DNA of 64,000 bases, taken from an uncultured Candidatus Actinomarina sp. GTDB lineage: Bacteria; Actinomycetota; Acidimicrobiia; Actinomarinales; Actinomarinaceae. The stretch's first letter is position 1. Every line of letters begins with the position of its first letter. Location of the stretch: contig CACMQN010000001.1 of assembly GCA_902615855.1 (NCBI GenBank), positions 81,592 through 145,591 on the forward strand, in the 5' to 3' direction. The position numbers and the translations under genes are program-made. This document shows, in pieces, positions 1 to 9,154 of the stretch. The notes beneath the pieces are model-generated. The model was not told where the DNA came from and searched no databases. It saw only the letters and a list, made by a program, of their open reading frames with translations.

Positions 1-2
1 CA

Positions 3-2144
3 AATGAATCAGTTAGAGAAGGAATTGATTTCTTTCCTTTGACTGTCGATGTCGAAGAGAGAATGTATGCCGCTGGTAAAATTCCTGGTGGATTTTTTAG
101 AAGAGAAGGAAGGCAAACAGAGAAAGCAATTTTAGCTTGTCGATTAATTGATAGACCACTAAGGCCTTCTTTCAAGGATGGCTTTAGATGTGAAACACAA
201 ATTATTGCAACAGTTTTGAGTGTTGATAATGAAAACGAATATGACGTTTTATCTTTAAATGCTGCTTCACTTGGTTTACAACTTGCTGGTATTCCATTGG
301 AATCACCAGTTGGTGCAGTAAGGATGTCTCTAATTAATGATGAATGGGTTGTACAAGCTACAAATACAGAACAAGAAGATTCAATTTTTGACATGGTCAT
401 AGCTGGAAAACTCAATGAAAATAATGAAATTGATATTGTGATGGTTGAAGCTGGTGCTAAGGAAAATACATTTGAAAAAATAGACGAAGGAAGCCTTGCT
501 CCATCTGAAGAAATAGTTGCAGACGGTATAGACATGTCTAAAGAGTATATTTTATCATTAATAAATTCTCAAAAAGAGCTAGTTGCAATGAATGATATCC
601 CAACTGTTGATTGGCCACTAATTGAAGATTACACCGATGAACTAAAGTCAAAAATTGAAACAAGTTGCAAAGACGAACTTAATGAAATTGCCTCAATAAT
701 TGATAGGTCTGAGAGAAGCTCACGTCAAAATGAATTACAAGAAAAAGTTGTTGAAGAATTTTTAGATGAAGAAGAGGATAACTCTAAAGCTATCAAATTA
801 GCCTTTAAATCTATATTTAAAGAATTAGTTAGGGATAGAGTTGTTAGTGGAGGTCCGAGACTTGATGGAAGATCTCCTACAGATATTAGAAATATTTCTT
901 CTGAAATCAATTTATTACCTATGGTTCATGGATCATCATTGTTTCTTAGAGGTGAAACTCAGGTATTGAATGTAACAACATTGGGCATGTCAAGGCTTGA
1001 GCAAATGTTAGACACAATAGATACAGTTACCTCAAAGAGGTATATGCATCATTACAATTTTCCACCATATTCAACAGGTGAGGCCTATATGATGAGGGGA
1101 CCAAAAAGAAGGGAGATAGGTCATGGTGCTTTGGCAGAAAAAGCGATACTACCTGTTATTCCTCCAAAGGCTGACTTTCCCTACACCATAAGAGTTGTGA
1201 GTGAAGCTATTTCATCAAATGGCTCTACTTCTCAAGCTTCTGTATGTGCATCAAGTCTTTCTTTGATGGCAGCCGGTGTGCCAATTAGAGAACACGTTTC
1301 AGGAATAGCAATGGGTTTAATATCTAAAAATAATGAATTTGTAACTTTAACCGATATTTTAGGTGCAGAGGATGCATTAGGTGATATGGACTTTAAAGTT
1401 GCAGGAACCAGAGGAGTGATAACTGCTCTTCAATTAGATATGAAAATTGAAGGTCTACCGTCCGATATTTTAAGAAAAGCTCTTGAGCAAGCAAAAGATG
1501 CTCGACATCATATCTTGGATATCATGGAAGATACTATTTCAGAACCGGCTGATTCTTTATCTGGTAATGCCCCAAGACTGGAATCAATTGAACTACCTAA
1601 AGATAAAATTGGTGAGGTTATTGGGCCAAAAGGAAAAAACATCAAGAAGATTGAAGAGGAAACTGGTGCAAGTGTTGAGATTGATGATGATGGAATACTC
1701 ACACTTGGTTCAACAGAACAAGAATCTCTTGATACAGCGAAAGAGATGGTAATGGCAATTATTGATCCTGAGGAACCAGAATTAAATCAAGAGTATGAAG
1801 GAGAGGTTGTTAGTCTTGCTAAATACGGTGCGTTTATTAACATTCTCCCTGGGAGAGATGGATTAATGCATATATCAAAATTTAACTCTGAAATTAGAGT
1901 CGGCGACCCCGAAAAGGTACTTACTGTAGGAGATAAAATTCAGGTAGTAGTTGACTCCATTGAAAATGGAAAAGTTGGTTTAACACCTGTAAACGATATA
2001 GAAATACCAGAAGATGCTATTGAGAAGAGACAATCTGGTAAGAGAGAAAGAAAACCAAGATCTTCGAAGCCTCGTGAAAACAATGATGGTAATAAGAAAA
2101 GAAAGAGAGTTTCTTTCGAAGACGAATTTGAGAAGGGTATTTAA
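3..2144 (+). CDS. pnp: polyribonucleotide nucleotidyltransferase (PNPase), N-terminus cut by window edge
   Basis: Frame 3 is open from base 3 (..DFFPLTVDVEERMYAAGKIPGGFFRREGR..). Two RNase PH-like cores, then KH (IGEVIGPKGKNIKKIEE) and S1 (GEVVSLAKYGAFINI) modules. The TTG at 39 in the ORF track is internal. Confidence 0.95.
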   Translation, partial: NESVREGIDFFPLTVDVEERMYAAGKIPGGFFRREGRQTEKAILACRLIDRPLRPSFKDGFRCETQIIATVLSVDNENEYDVLSLNAASLGLQLAGIPLESPVGAVRMSLINDEWVVQATNTEQEDSIFDMVIAGKLNENNEIDIVMVEAGAKENTFEKIDEGSLAPSEEIVADGIDMSKEYILSLINSQKELVAMNDIPTVDWPLIEDYTDELKSKIETSCKDELNEIASIIDRSERSSRQNELQEKVVEEFLDEEEDNSKAIKLAFKSIFKELVRDRVVSGGPRLDGRSPTDIRNISSEINLLPMVHGSSLFLRGETQVLNVTTLGMSRLEQMLDTIDTVTSKRYMHHYNFPPYSTGEAYMMRGPKRREIGHGALAEKAILPVIPPKADFPYTIRVVSEAISSNGSTSQASVCASSLSLMAAGVPIREHVSGIAMGLISKNNEFVTLTDILGAEDALGDMDFKVAGTRGVITALQLDMKIEGLPSDILRKALEQAKDARHHILDIMEDTISEPADSLSGNAPRLESIELPKDKIGEVIGPKGKNIKKIEEETGASVEIDDDGILTLGSTEQESLDTAKEMVMAIIDPEEPELNQEYEGEVVSLAKYGAFINILPGRDGLMHISKFNSEIRVGDPEKVLTVGDKIQVVVDSIENGKVGLTPVNDIEIPEDAIEKRQSGKRERKPRSSKPRENNDGNKKRKRVSFEDEFEKGI

Positions 2145-2660
2145 TTACTTACGATTTGAAGTAAGTTTTGTTGGATTTGTTGATTCCGTTGTGATGTAAG
2201 CGTCTGGACTAATAGTTGAGACAATTTTTAGAACTTCTTTAACTTTTTTTCTTGGTGTGACACACCACGAAATAGTTACTTCTCCCTCCATACCTTCTCC
2301 ATTTATTACAGTTACACCATATCCATTACTTCGTAGTTCCTTCGCTAATTTTTTACTATCACTATCTTTTGGAGAAAATATACGGACAACAACATCACCA
2401 ATTGCAATAGATGATTCAATGTACGATCCAACTATAGTCCCTGCAGCAAATCCCAAAGCATAACCCACTGCCAAATAAGGATCGTTCAAATCTTTTATAA
2501 CTTGAGATATAGCAATAATCCAAATACCTGATTCAATAAATCCAAGAATTGCACCAAAAAATGGCTTTCCTTTATTTACATATAGTGTTCTTAAAGTTCC
2601 TAAACTTTGGTCGATAAGACGAAGTATAAAAATATAACCAGCTGCTATAAGTAATTCCAT
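2145..2660 (-). CDS. UPF0316/DUF2179-like small membrane protein
   Basis: 171 aa with an N-terminal multi-pass membrane half and a C-terminal soluble domain. Resembles the UPF0316 family from memory. Its stop codon abuts the pnp stop (2144/2145). Confidence 0.45.
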   Translation of the reverse strand: MELLIAAGYIFILRLIDQSLGTLRTLYVNKGKPFFGAILGFIESGIWIIAISQVIKDLNDPYLAVGYALGFAAGTIVGSYIESSIAIGDVVVRIFSPKDSDSKKLAKELRSNGYGVTVINGEGMEGEVTISWCVTPRKKVKEVLKIVSTISPDAYITTESTNPTKLTSNRK

Positions 2661-2662
2661 AT

Positions 2663-3397
2663 TTAGCTTTTAAGTTTTATAGTCATATCGTCGTAGACAC
2701 TTTTCATCTTTTTATGAGTTTCTTTTACAAGATCTTCTATATTTTCTTTTGTATATTTAGACATGTCTATAGGTTCTAATGTCTTAATGAATGCTTTTCC
2801 ACTAGTCATGAATTTTCGACCTTTAGGCCAAATATCACCAGTACCAGCTATAACTACTGGTAAGATTCTTACATTGTTTTGTTGTGCTATGTGAAATGCA
2901 CCACTTTTAAATTCTTTAAATTCACTTTTATCCACTCTTGTTCCTTGAGGGTAAACCATTAAAGACCAGCCATTCTTAAAAAGATTTCTAGCCTGCTCAT
3001 TAATTGATTCTCTATCATTTGGATTGTCTCTATCAACTTTTATAAAGTTAAATGCTCTAGCTGCTGTTCTGAAGACAGGTAATTTATAAACTTCTTTTTT
3101 AGCCATGAATGCCCATTTAATTTTAAGAAGTTTGAATAATATTAACGAATCAATATTTGATAAGTGGTTCGATATGACAACATAAGATTCATTGTTCTTA
3201 TATTCAACAGCTTTTGTAAATGTAGTTTTTGCTCTTGCTGCCCATAACCAAGGATTTACCCATGATTGTGCAATGTGATATTTTAGAGAACCGTACTTAC
3301 TAAATAGGCCTACTAACCAAATACTATAAGTTACTGGAATTGTATAAAGTACCATAATAAATAAATTGATCCAGCTTAATAATTTATTCTTGAGCAT
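2663..3397 (-). CDS. plsC: 1-acyl-sn-glycerol-3-phosphate acyltransferase family
   Basis: HX4D acyltransferase motif NHLSNID, downstream YPQGTR block, N-terminal TM helix. Confidence 0.8.
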   Translation of the reverse strand: MLKNKLLSWINLFIMVLYTIPVTYSIWLVGLFSKYGSLKYHIAQSWVNPWLWAARAKTTFTKAVEYKNNESYVVISNHLSNIDSLILFKLLKIKWAFMAKKEVYKLPVFRTAARAFNFIKVDRDNPNDRESINEQARNLFKNGWSLMVYPQGTRVDKSEFKEFKSGAFHIAQQNNVRILPVVIAGTGDIWPKGRKFMTSGKAFIKTLEPIDMSKYTKENIEDLVKETHKKMKSVYDDMTIKLKS

Positions 3398-3435
3398 GGG
3401 CTTATATTACAGTGATATCATATTCATAAGTAAAA

Positions 3436-3945
3436 ATGTACGAAAAAAAAATTTTTAGAAGTAACTTAAAAAAAGTTGATTACAAAGAATTTAATCTATC
3501 GAATAAAAATCAAAAATTTATATCAAAATTAATAGAAAGAAAAAAAATATGTACATATATTCCATTGGACTCTGAACTAAATATCAATTTATTCTTAAAT
3601 ACATTTTTAGAAATTCAAACAACTTTTCTTGATGATAATGAGTTGAATGTTTGTCTTTTGAAAGAACCTTTTGTAATCAACAAACTTAAAATTATGGAAC
3701 CACAAAATATAGAGATAGCTAACAGTACTGAAATATTTTTTGTACCAGGATTGGCATTTTCAAAATCTGGAGTACGACTCGGTAGGGGAAAGGGACTATA
3801 TGACAGACTTTTAGCAAGATATCCAAATTCAATAAAGGTAGGAATATGTTCAAGTTTAAATCTTTATGATAAGTTACCCCAAGAATCACACGATATACTA
3901 ATGGATTATGTTCTCACAGAGAACGAAAATTTTAAAATACATTAA
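3436..3945 (+). CDS. 5-formyltetrahydrofolate cyclo-ligase family protein
   Basis: C-terminal VPGLAFSKSGVRLGRGKGLYDRLL matches the family signature (G-x-G-x-G-x-YD-R). Confidence 0.7.
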   Translation: MYEKKIFRSNLKKVDYKEFNLSNKNQKFISKLIERKKICTYIPLDSELNINLFLNTFLEIQTTFLDDNELNVCLLKEPFVINKLKIMEPQNIEIANSTEIFFVPGLAFSKSGVRLGRGKGLYDRLLARYPNSIKVGICSSLNLYDKLPQESHDILMDYVLTENENFKIH

Positions 3946-3956
3946 AATTACAAACT

Positions 3957-4997
3957 ATGGATATAAGCATCAATGTTGGTTATTTTGGACCTCATATTTC
4001 AGAAGAGAAAGATTTAATAAAAAAATTAGACGATATAGGAGTAACTTGTGTCTGGACGGCTGAAGCTTATGGTTTCGATGCAGTAACACCTCTTGCATAT
4101 TTTTCCGCTTTGACTGAGAAGATGAATATTGGTTCAGGGATTATGCAAATTCCTGCAAGAACACCAGCAATGACAGCAATGACAGCTGTAACACTTGATC
4201 AAATGTCTAAAGGAAGATTTAGATTAGGTTTAGGTGTTTCAGGTCCACAGGTTGTGGAAGGTTGGCACGGTGTACCATATGGAAAGCCACTTAAAAAAAC
4301 TAGAGAATATGTAGAACTAGTTCGAAAAATTATTAGCAGGGATGGAAAAGTTGAACATCATGGCGATTATTATGATTTACCTTTAGAAGGTGATGGGACA
4401 ACAGGTTTAGGTAAGCCACTTAAGCTAATTGAGCAACCGTTCAGAAGTGAAATTCCAATATATTTAGCTGCAGTTGGATTGAAAAACGTAGAACTAACAG
4501 CCGAAATTGCGGAAGGATGGTTACCGTTTATGTACTCACCAATTAAGGGTGAGGATATCTATAAAGAATCTCTAAATAATGGATTCAAAAAATCTGGTGA
4601 CTCTGATAAAAAAAATAAATTTGAAATTGTTACAACTGTTTTTGGTCGTGTTTGCGAAGAGGATGAAATTGATCAATATCTATATCCCGCACGAAATATT
4701 TATACGCTATATGTTGGAGGTATGGGCGCAAAATCAAAAAACTTCTATTACAACTTATTTTGTGAATATGGGTATGAAGATATTGCAGATGAACTTCAAA
4801 ATCTTTATTTGAGCGGTAATAAAAAAGAATCTGAAGAACTTTTTCCAAAAGAGTTGTTAAATGAACTAACACTTGTAGGTACCAAAAAAGACATAGAAAA
4901 GAAATTGGAAACCTGGAAAGAAAGTAACATAACTGAGATATCTCTCTCGCTTCCAATTGATTTTGAAACGGTTAAATTTATAAAAGAATTATTGTGA
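3957..4997 (+). CDS. LLM-class (luciferase-like) flavin/F420-dependent oxidoreductase
   Basis: 346 aa with a luciferase-like TIM-barrel pattern (VWTAEAYGFDAVT, RFRLGLGVSGPQVVEGWHG). The cofactor (F420 or FMN) cannot be decided by eye. Its TGA stop overlaps the GTG start of the next gene (GTGA at 4994..4997). Confidence 0.7.
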   Translation: MDISINVGYFGPHISEEKDLIKKLDDIGVTCVWTAEAYGFDAVTPLAYFSALTEKMNIGSGIMQIPARTPAMTAMTAVTLDQMSKGRFRLGLGVSGPQVVEGWHGVPYGKPLKKTREYVELVRKIISRDGKVEHHGDYYDLPLEGDGTTGLGKPLKLIEQPFRSEIPIYLAAVGLKNVELTAEIAEGWLPFMYSPIKGEDIYKESLNNGFKKSGDSDKKNKFEIVTTVFGRVCEEDEIDQYLYPARNIYTLYVGGMGAKSKNFYYNLFCEYGYEDIADELQNLYLSGNKKESEELFPKELLNELTLVGTKKDIEKKLETWKESNITEISLSLPIDFETVKFIKELL

Positions 4998-6337
4998 AAA
5001 TTCTTTTAACATCTTTTTATGATTTAGGTAAACAACCAAAAATTATCGCTGAAATTGTTGATAAGTATAAATCTGAAAATATTGAATTCGATATTGTTGA
5101 CTTTTCAATTGATAATCCTGAAATAAATATAGATCATTATGATGTACTTGGTATATATGCACCAATGCATACTGCAACTGTTTTATCTATTGAATTTTTA
5201 AAGAACAAAACATTGCCAAATAAAGTATTTACATTTGGTCTTTATGGTTCTGTACTTGAAGATTTTAACTCATCAATCAAACACATTAGCAATATTGAAA
5301 ATGGAGAGTTAGATTCATTTTTAGAGGTAAATAAAAATAAATTATTCTCACTAAAAAACAATATACCAAATAGAGACATTCTTCCCGATATATCAAATTA
5401 TGCCCATCTAGTAAACGGATCTTCAAACTTGATAGCTGGATCAGTTGAAACAACCTATGGCTGTAAACACTCTTGCACACATTGTCCAATACCAATCTCA
5501 TTTAACGGTAATTTTAAGACATACAGTTTAGAAAAAATATTACTTGATGTTGAAAACCAAGTTAACTCTGGTGCAATGCACATATCATTTAATGATCCGG
5601 ATTTTTTTAATGGTCCAATCCATGCTTTAAAAATACTTGAAAACCTTAAATCAAAATTTCCTAAAGTGACTTATGATTCAACAATTAAAGTAGAGCACAT
5701 AATTAAGTATGAAAAGTACTTTAAAGAGCTTTCTTCTTTAAATATGATATTTGTTATATCTGCATTTGAAACTACAAACAATGAAGTTTTAAGCATTTTA
5801 GAAAAAAATCATTCAAGTACTGATTTGTCCAACGCGATAGAAATATCACAAACAAATAATATTGATATCCGTCCAACTTGGATGCCTTTTTCTCCATGGA
5901 CAAATCAAAATGATTTAATTGACATAATTAATTTAATCGAAAATTATAAACTTAGAGAAACTGTTGACCCTATTCAATTAACTATCAAATTATTGATTCC
6001 CAAGCATTCACTCATTCTCCAAAGATCAGAAATCAAAAGATATTTAAAGGATTATGATAAAAATTCATTGAGTTACATGTGGGATTATAAAAATGAAGAA
6101 GTAAATAAATTACAAGTATCTCTTTTTAAATATTTACTAGATACTCCTGACTTGGATGAGCACAGTCAATATCTAGGTATGGTGAAAATTATTGAAAATA
6201 TGACACAATCTAATTTGAAATTAGATTCAAATTACAGTTATAAAAATGTACCAAAATTATCAGAAACTTGGTTTTGTTGTGCAGAGCCAAGTCAGATACA
6301 ACTTGATAGAATTAAAACAAATACAGCTTTGATATGA
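4994..6337 (+). CDS. radical SAM protein with C-terminal CCAEP tail
   Basis: CxxxCxxC cluster motif in YGCKHSCTHCPIP. Rossmann-like N-terminal domain. C-terminal SETWFCCAEPSQ (Cys-Cys codons TGT TGT at 6275..6280). Matches my recollection of the curated CUAEP/CCAEP-tail radical SAM (seleno)protein family. Confidence 0.75.
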   Translation: MKILLTSFYDLGKQPKIIAEIVDKYKSENIEFDIVDFSIDNPEINIDHYDVLGIYAPMHTATVLSIEFLKNKTLPNKVFTFGLYGSVLEDFNSSIKHISNIENGELDSFLEVNKNKLFSLKNNIPNRDILPDISNYAHLVNGSSNLIAGSVETTYGCKHSCTHCPIPISFNGNFKTYSLEKILLDVENQVNSGAMHISFNDPDFFNGPIHALKILENLKSKFPKVTYDSTIKVEHIIKYEKYFKELSSLNMIFVISAFETTNNEVLSILEKNHSSTDLSNAIEISQTNNIDIRPTWMPFSPWTNQNDLIDIINLIENYKLRETVDPIQLTIKLLIPKHSLILQRSEIKRYLKDYDKNSLSYMWDYKNEEVNKLQVSLFKYLLDTPDLDEHSQYLGMVKIIENMTQSNLKLDSNYSYKNVPKLSETWFCCAEPSQIQLDRIKTNTALI

Positions 6338-6840
6338 CAGAAGTAACTAATGAAGATATAAACGTATCTACTTGGAAAATTCCAAGCCCACTTGGCATCA
6401 TTGGAAGTCATGCAGAAGGTGAGTTCAATGGTATGACTGCTAGCTGGATTACTCAAGTAAGTATGGAGCCAGCTCTTATTGGAGTTGGCATTGACAATAA
6501 AAGTGTCACTTTTGACTTAATGAATAGGAGTGAATATTTTACATTAAATATGTTTTCACCAGAATATACAAAAGTCTTCGTAAAATTTTCAAAACCTGCT
6601 GAGTACTCAGAAGGCTTTTTAAATAAAGAGCCAATAACTTTAACGAAAAACTCAGTTCCAATATTTGATAATGCAACAGTATGGTTTGAGCTCAAAACTG
6701 ATCAAAAAATTAATTTAGGAACTCACACTTTTTTTATTGGTGAGATAATTGATTGTAAAACACTTAACCCAGATGAAAGGGTTGCTTACATGGGGGACAC
6801 TAGGATGAAATATGGCGGTGTTCCTCGAGGTGGGCATTAG
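6334..6840 (+). CDS. flavin reductase-like FMN-binding (split-barrel) protein
   Basis: GMTASWITQVSMEPALIGVGI pattern typical of the flavin reductase domain. ATGA start/stop overlap with the radical SAM gene. Confidence 0.7.
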   Translation: MTEVTNEDINVSTWKIPSPLGIIGSHAEGEFNGMTASWITQVSMEPALIGVGIDNKSVTFDLMNRSEYFTLNMFSPEYTKVFVKFSKPAEYSEGFLNKEPITLTKNSVPIFDNATVWFELKTDQKINLGTHTFFIGEIIDCKTLNPDERVAYMGDTRMKYGGVPRGGH

Positions 6841-6913
6841 TTCAAATTAATTTAATATCTTAGAATCTATCATTACTAATCCTTGATTTATAATTAAACA
6901 TGAAAGGAATTAT

Positions 6914-7450
6914 TTGAAATTAAAAAAAGGAGATTCAATTAATGAATTAACTCTACCTTCTGTAGATGGTTCGACATTTAATCTTGAAACAATAAAAGGA
7001 AAGAAAGCTATGATATCTTTCTATAGATATTCTTCATGTCCATTTTGTCATTTACGAATAAATGAAATTATTTCTAAAAAAAGTGAATTCGGAGAGAATT
7101 TTGTTCCAATTGCAATATTTGATTGTGACTTTGATGATTTAGTAAAAAATTCAAAAAAACATGATGGTGAAATAACAATTCTCTGTGATGATGATCGTAT
7201 ATATTTTGATAAGTTTGAGGTTCAAAACAGTTTCCTCAGATTTTTAGTTGGTATAACAATTAGAGTAGATCGCTTTTTAAAAGCCATTTTAAAAGGATAT
7301 AACCCAGCTTCTAATATGAGTGGTGCATTTCTAGGATTACCAGCAGATATACTTATTGATGAAAATGGGATTGTTGAAAAGGCATTTTACGGATCTCATA
7401 CAGCTAGTCATATACCTTTGAACGAAGTTGTTCTGTTCTCAAAAAGCTAA
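6914..7450 (+). CDS. thioredoxin-fold AhpC/TSA (redoxin)-like protein
   Basis: FYRYSSCPFC redox motif in a peroxiredoxin-like context. TTG start; the ATG at 6900 runs into a stop after 5 codons. Confidence 0.55.
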   Translation: MKLKKGDSINELTLPSVDGSTFNLETIKGKKAMISFYRYSSCPFCHLRINEIISKKSEFGENFVPIAIFDCDFDDLVKNSKKHDGEITILCDDDRIYFDKFEVQNSFLRFLVGITIRVDRFLKAILKGYNPASNMSGAFLGLPADILIDENGIVEKAFYGSHTASHIPLNEVVLFSKS

Positions 7451-7478
7451 AATATTAATTATTGAACAGTAAAGACGA

Positions 7479-8327
7479 TTAACTTCTACTTTTATATATT
7501 GCGTAAAAACCCACAAGTATAGAACTTATCAAGAAGTAGCTCAAAGCAACAATCGTAATGATATTTAACCCTAGTAATGATGCTACAGCAGCTGCTATTG
7601 GGAAATTTTGTAATGTACCCTCAGCAATGATTCCTTTTCTGTCTTCATCACTAATTTTTGCTATTTTTGATACAAGATTAATTACTACGAATATTGTGAT
7701 CAGATTTAAAACTACAAAAATAAATGATGATTTGAAAATATCCACAAGAACATCATTTAATTCTATTGGTACACCTATAGCAAGAATTAATGTAATAACA
7801 GTAAATAGTTTTTTAATATTTGGTTGGGAGTTAGTTGCTTTCTCCGGGAAATAATATTTTATAATCATCCCAATAATTACTGGAATTAAAACAAGATATA
7901 GTAACTCTATTAATAATTCTGTTGAGTCAATTTCTACTTGTACGCCAACTTTATCATTAAATATAGACGCAACATTTAACCAAAAAGGTATAGTTGCAAA
8001 GGCAATAAGTTGAGTCACGATTGTGAGTGATGTGGTAAGAGCAACATTGCCTTTCATTAATGATGAATACATTGAAGATATATGACCACCCGGTGCACAC
8101 ATTATTACAATTATTCCAATTGCTACTGATTGACTATCAATGAACAAACTTGTAACTATTCCAACAATCGGTAAAAGTGTAACTTGAATTAAAAGCCCTA
8201 CAATTGAGCTTTTAGAATTTGTTATTAAGCTTTTAAAACTTTCAATATCTAAGTCAGTACCAACCCCTATCATAAGGAGTGGAATTAGGTAAGGTACTAA
8301 ATCTAAAAAAAATGAATTAATTTCCAT
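7479..8327 (-). CDS. bile acid:sodium symporter (BASS/SBF) family transporter
   Basis: About 9 TM segments. CAPGGHISSMYSSLMKGNVALTTSLT resembles the BASS signature block. Confidence 0.6.
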   Translation of the reverse strand: MEINSFFLDLVPYLIPLLMIGVGTDLDIESFKSLITNSKSSIVGLLIQVTLLPIVGIVTSLFIDSQSVAIGIIVIMCAPGGHISSMYSSLMKGNVALTTSLTIVTQLIAFATIPFWLNVASIFNDKVGVQVEIDSTELLIELLYLVLIPVIIGMIIKYYFPEKATNSQPNIKKLFTVITLILAIGVPIELNDVLVDIFKSSFIFVVLNLITIFVVINLVSKIAKISDEDRKGIIAEGTLQNFPIAAAVASLLGLNIITIVALSYFLISSILVGFYAIYKSRS

Positions 8328-8351
8328 TTAATTAATATTATTAGAAAAATA

Positions 8352-8462
8352 ATGAAATGTATTAAATGTAAACATAAATGGAAAAGAACAAAACTAACTG
8401 AGTATGTCTCATTTTTATCGCAATGTCCAAAATGTAAAAGTAGAATAATTCTAAGGTATTAA
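8352..8462 (+). CDS. 36-aa double-CxxC zinc-ribbon microprotein (not in ORF track)
   Basis: ATG at 8352. Translation MKCIKCKHKWKRTKLTEYVSFLSQCPKCKSRIILRY has CxxC ... CxxC spaced like a zinc ribbon. The TAA stop (8460..8462) shares one base with the ATG of the methyltransferase (8462). Confidence 0.45.
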   Translation: MKCIKCKHKWKRTKLTEYVSFLSQCPKCKSRIILRY

Positions 8463-9154
8463 TGAAAAAAGCAATTTATTACATTCAATCATCATTTGTT
8501 TTATTTATATTTGCACCGATAGCTCGATTGATTAGTAAATCTTGGTATGAAAAAAAGATTCTTCCAAACACAATTAATAGGGGATGTTCGTCTAAGCCAA
8601 CAATGTATCAAAGAAAAAAAGTTATACCTGGAGCATCTGGTGAAGTTCTTGAAATAGGAATTGGACCAGGTATAAATATACAATTTTATGATCCTACTAA
8701 AGTAACTAAAATTATTGGAGTAGATCCTTCTGCAGAGTTAAATAAGATTGCACAAAAAAATGCCGACAAAGTAAATATTCCAATCGATTTTCTAATCACA
8801 ACAGCTGAGGAAATTCCACTTCCTGATAATTCTATTGATACTGTAATTTCAACATATACTCTCTGTTCTATTCCAAACCCATCACTTTCACTTAAAGAGA
8901 TCTATAGAGTTCTAAAACCTGAAGGTAAATTCTTATTCTGTGAGCACGGTATTGCTCCATCAAAAGGTGTCGCAATGTTCCAAAACGGTATTGATTTTTT
9001 CTGGCCTGCTATTGCTGGAGGATGTCATTTAAATAGAGATATGCCTTCGTTATTGAAGAGTAATGATTTTAATTTACAAGAATTAGATGCAATGTACTTA
9101 CCAGGCACACAACGCTTTTTAGGATATAACTATTGGGGTGTAGCTACAACTTAG
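8462..9154 (+). CDS. class I SAM-dependent methyltransferase (type 11) with N-terminal TM helix
   Basis: Motif I VLEIGIGPGIN, post-I acidic GVDPS, and the downstream YRVLKPEGKFLFCEH block. Confidence 0.75.
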   Translation: MKKAIYYIQSSFVLFIFAPIARLISKSWYEKKILPNTINRGCSSKPTMYQRKKVIPGASGEVLEIGIGPGINIQFYDPTKVTKIIGVDPSAELNKIAQKNADKVNIPIDFLITTAEEIPLPDNSIDTVISTYTLCSIPNPSLSLKEIYRVLKPEGKFLFCEHGIAPSKGVAMFQNGIDFFWPAIAGGCHLNRDMPSLLKSNDFNLQELDAMYLPGTQRFLGYNYWGVATT

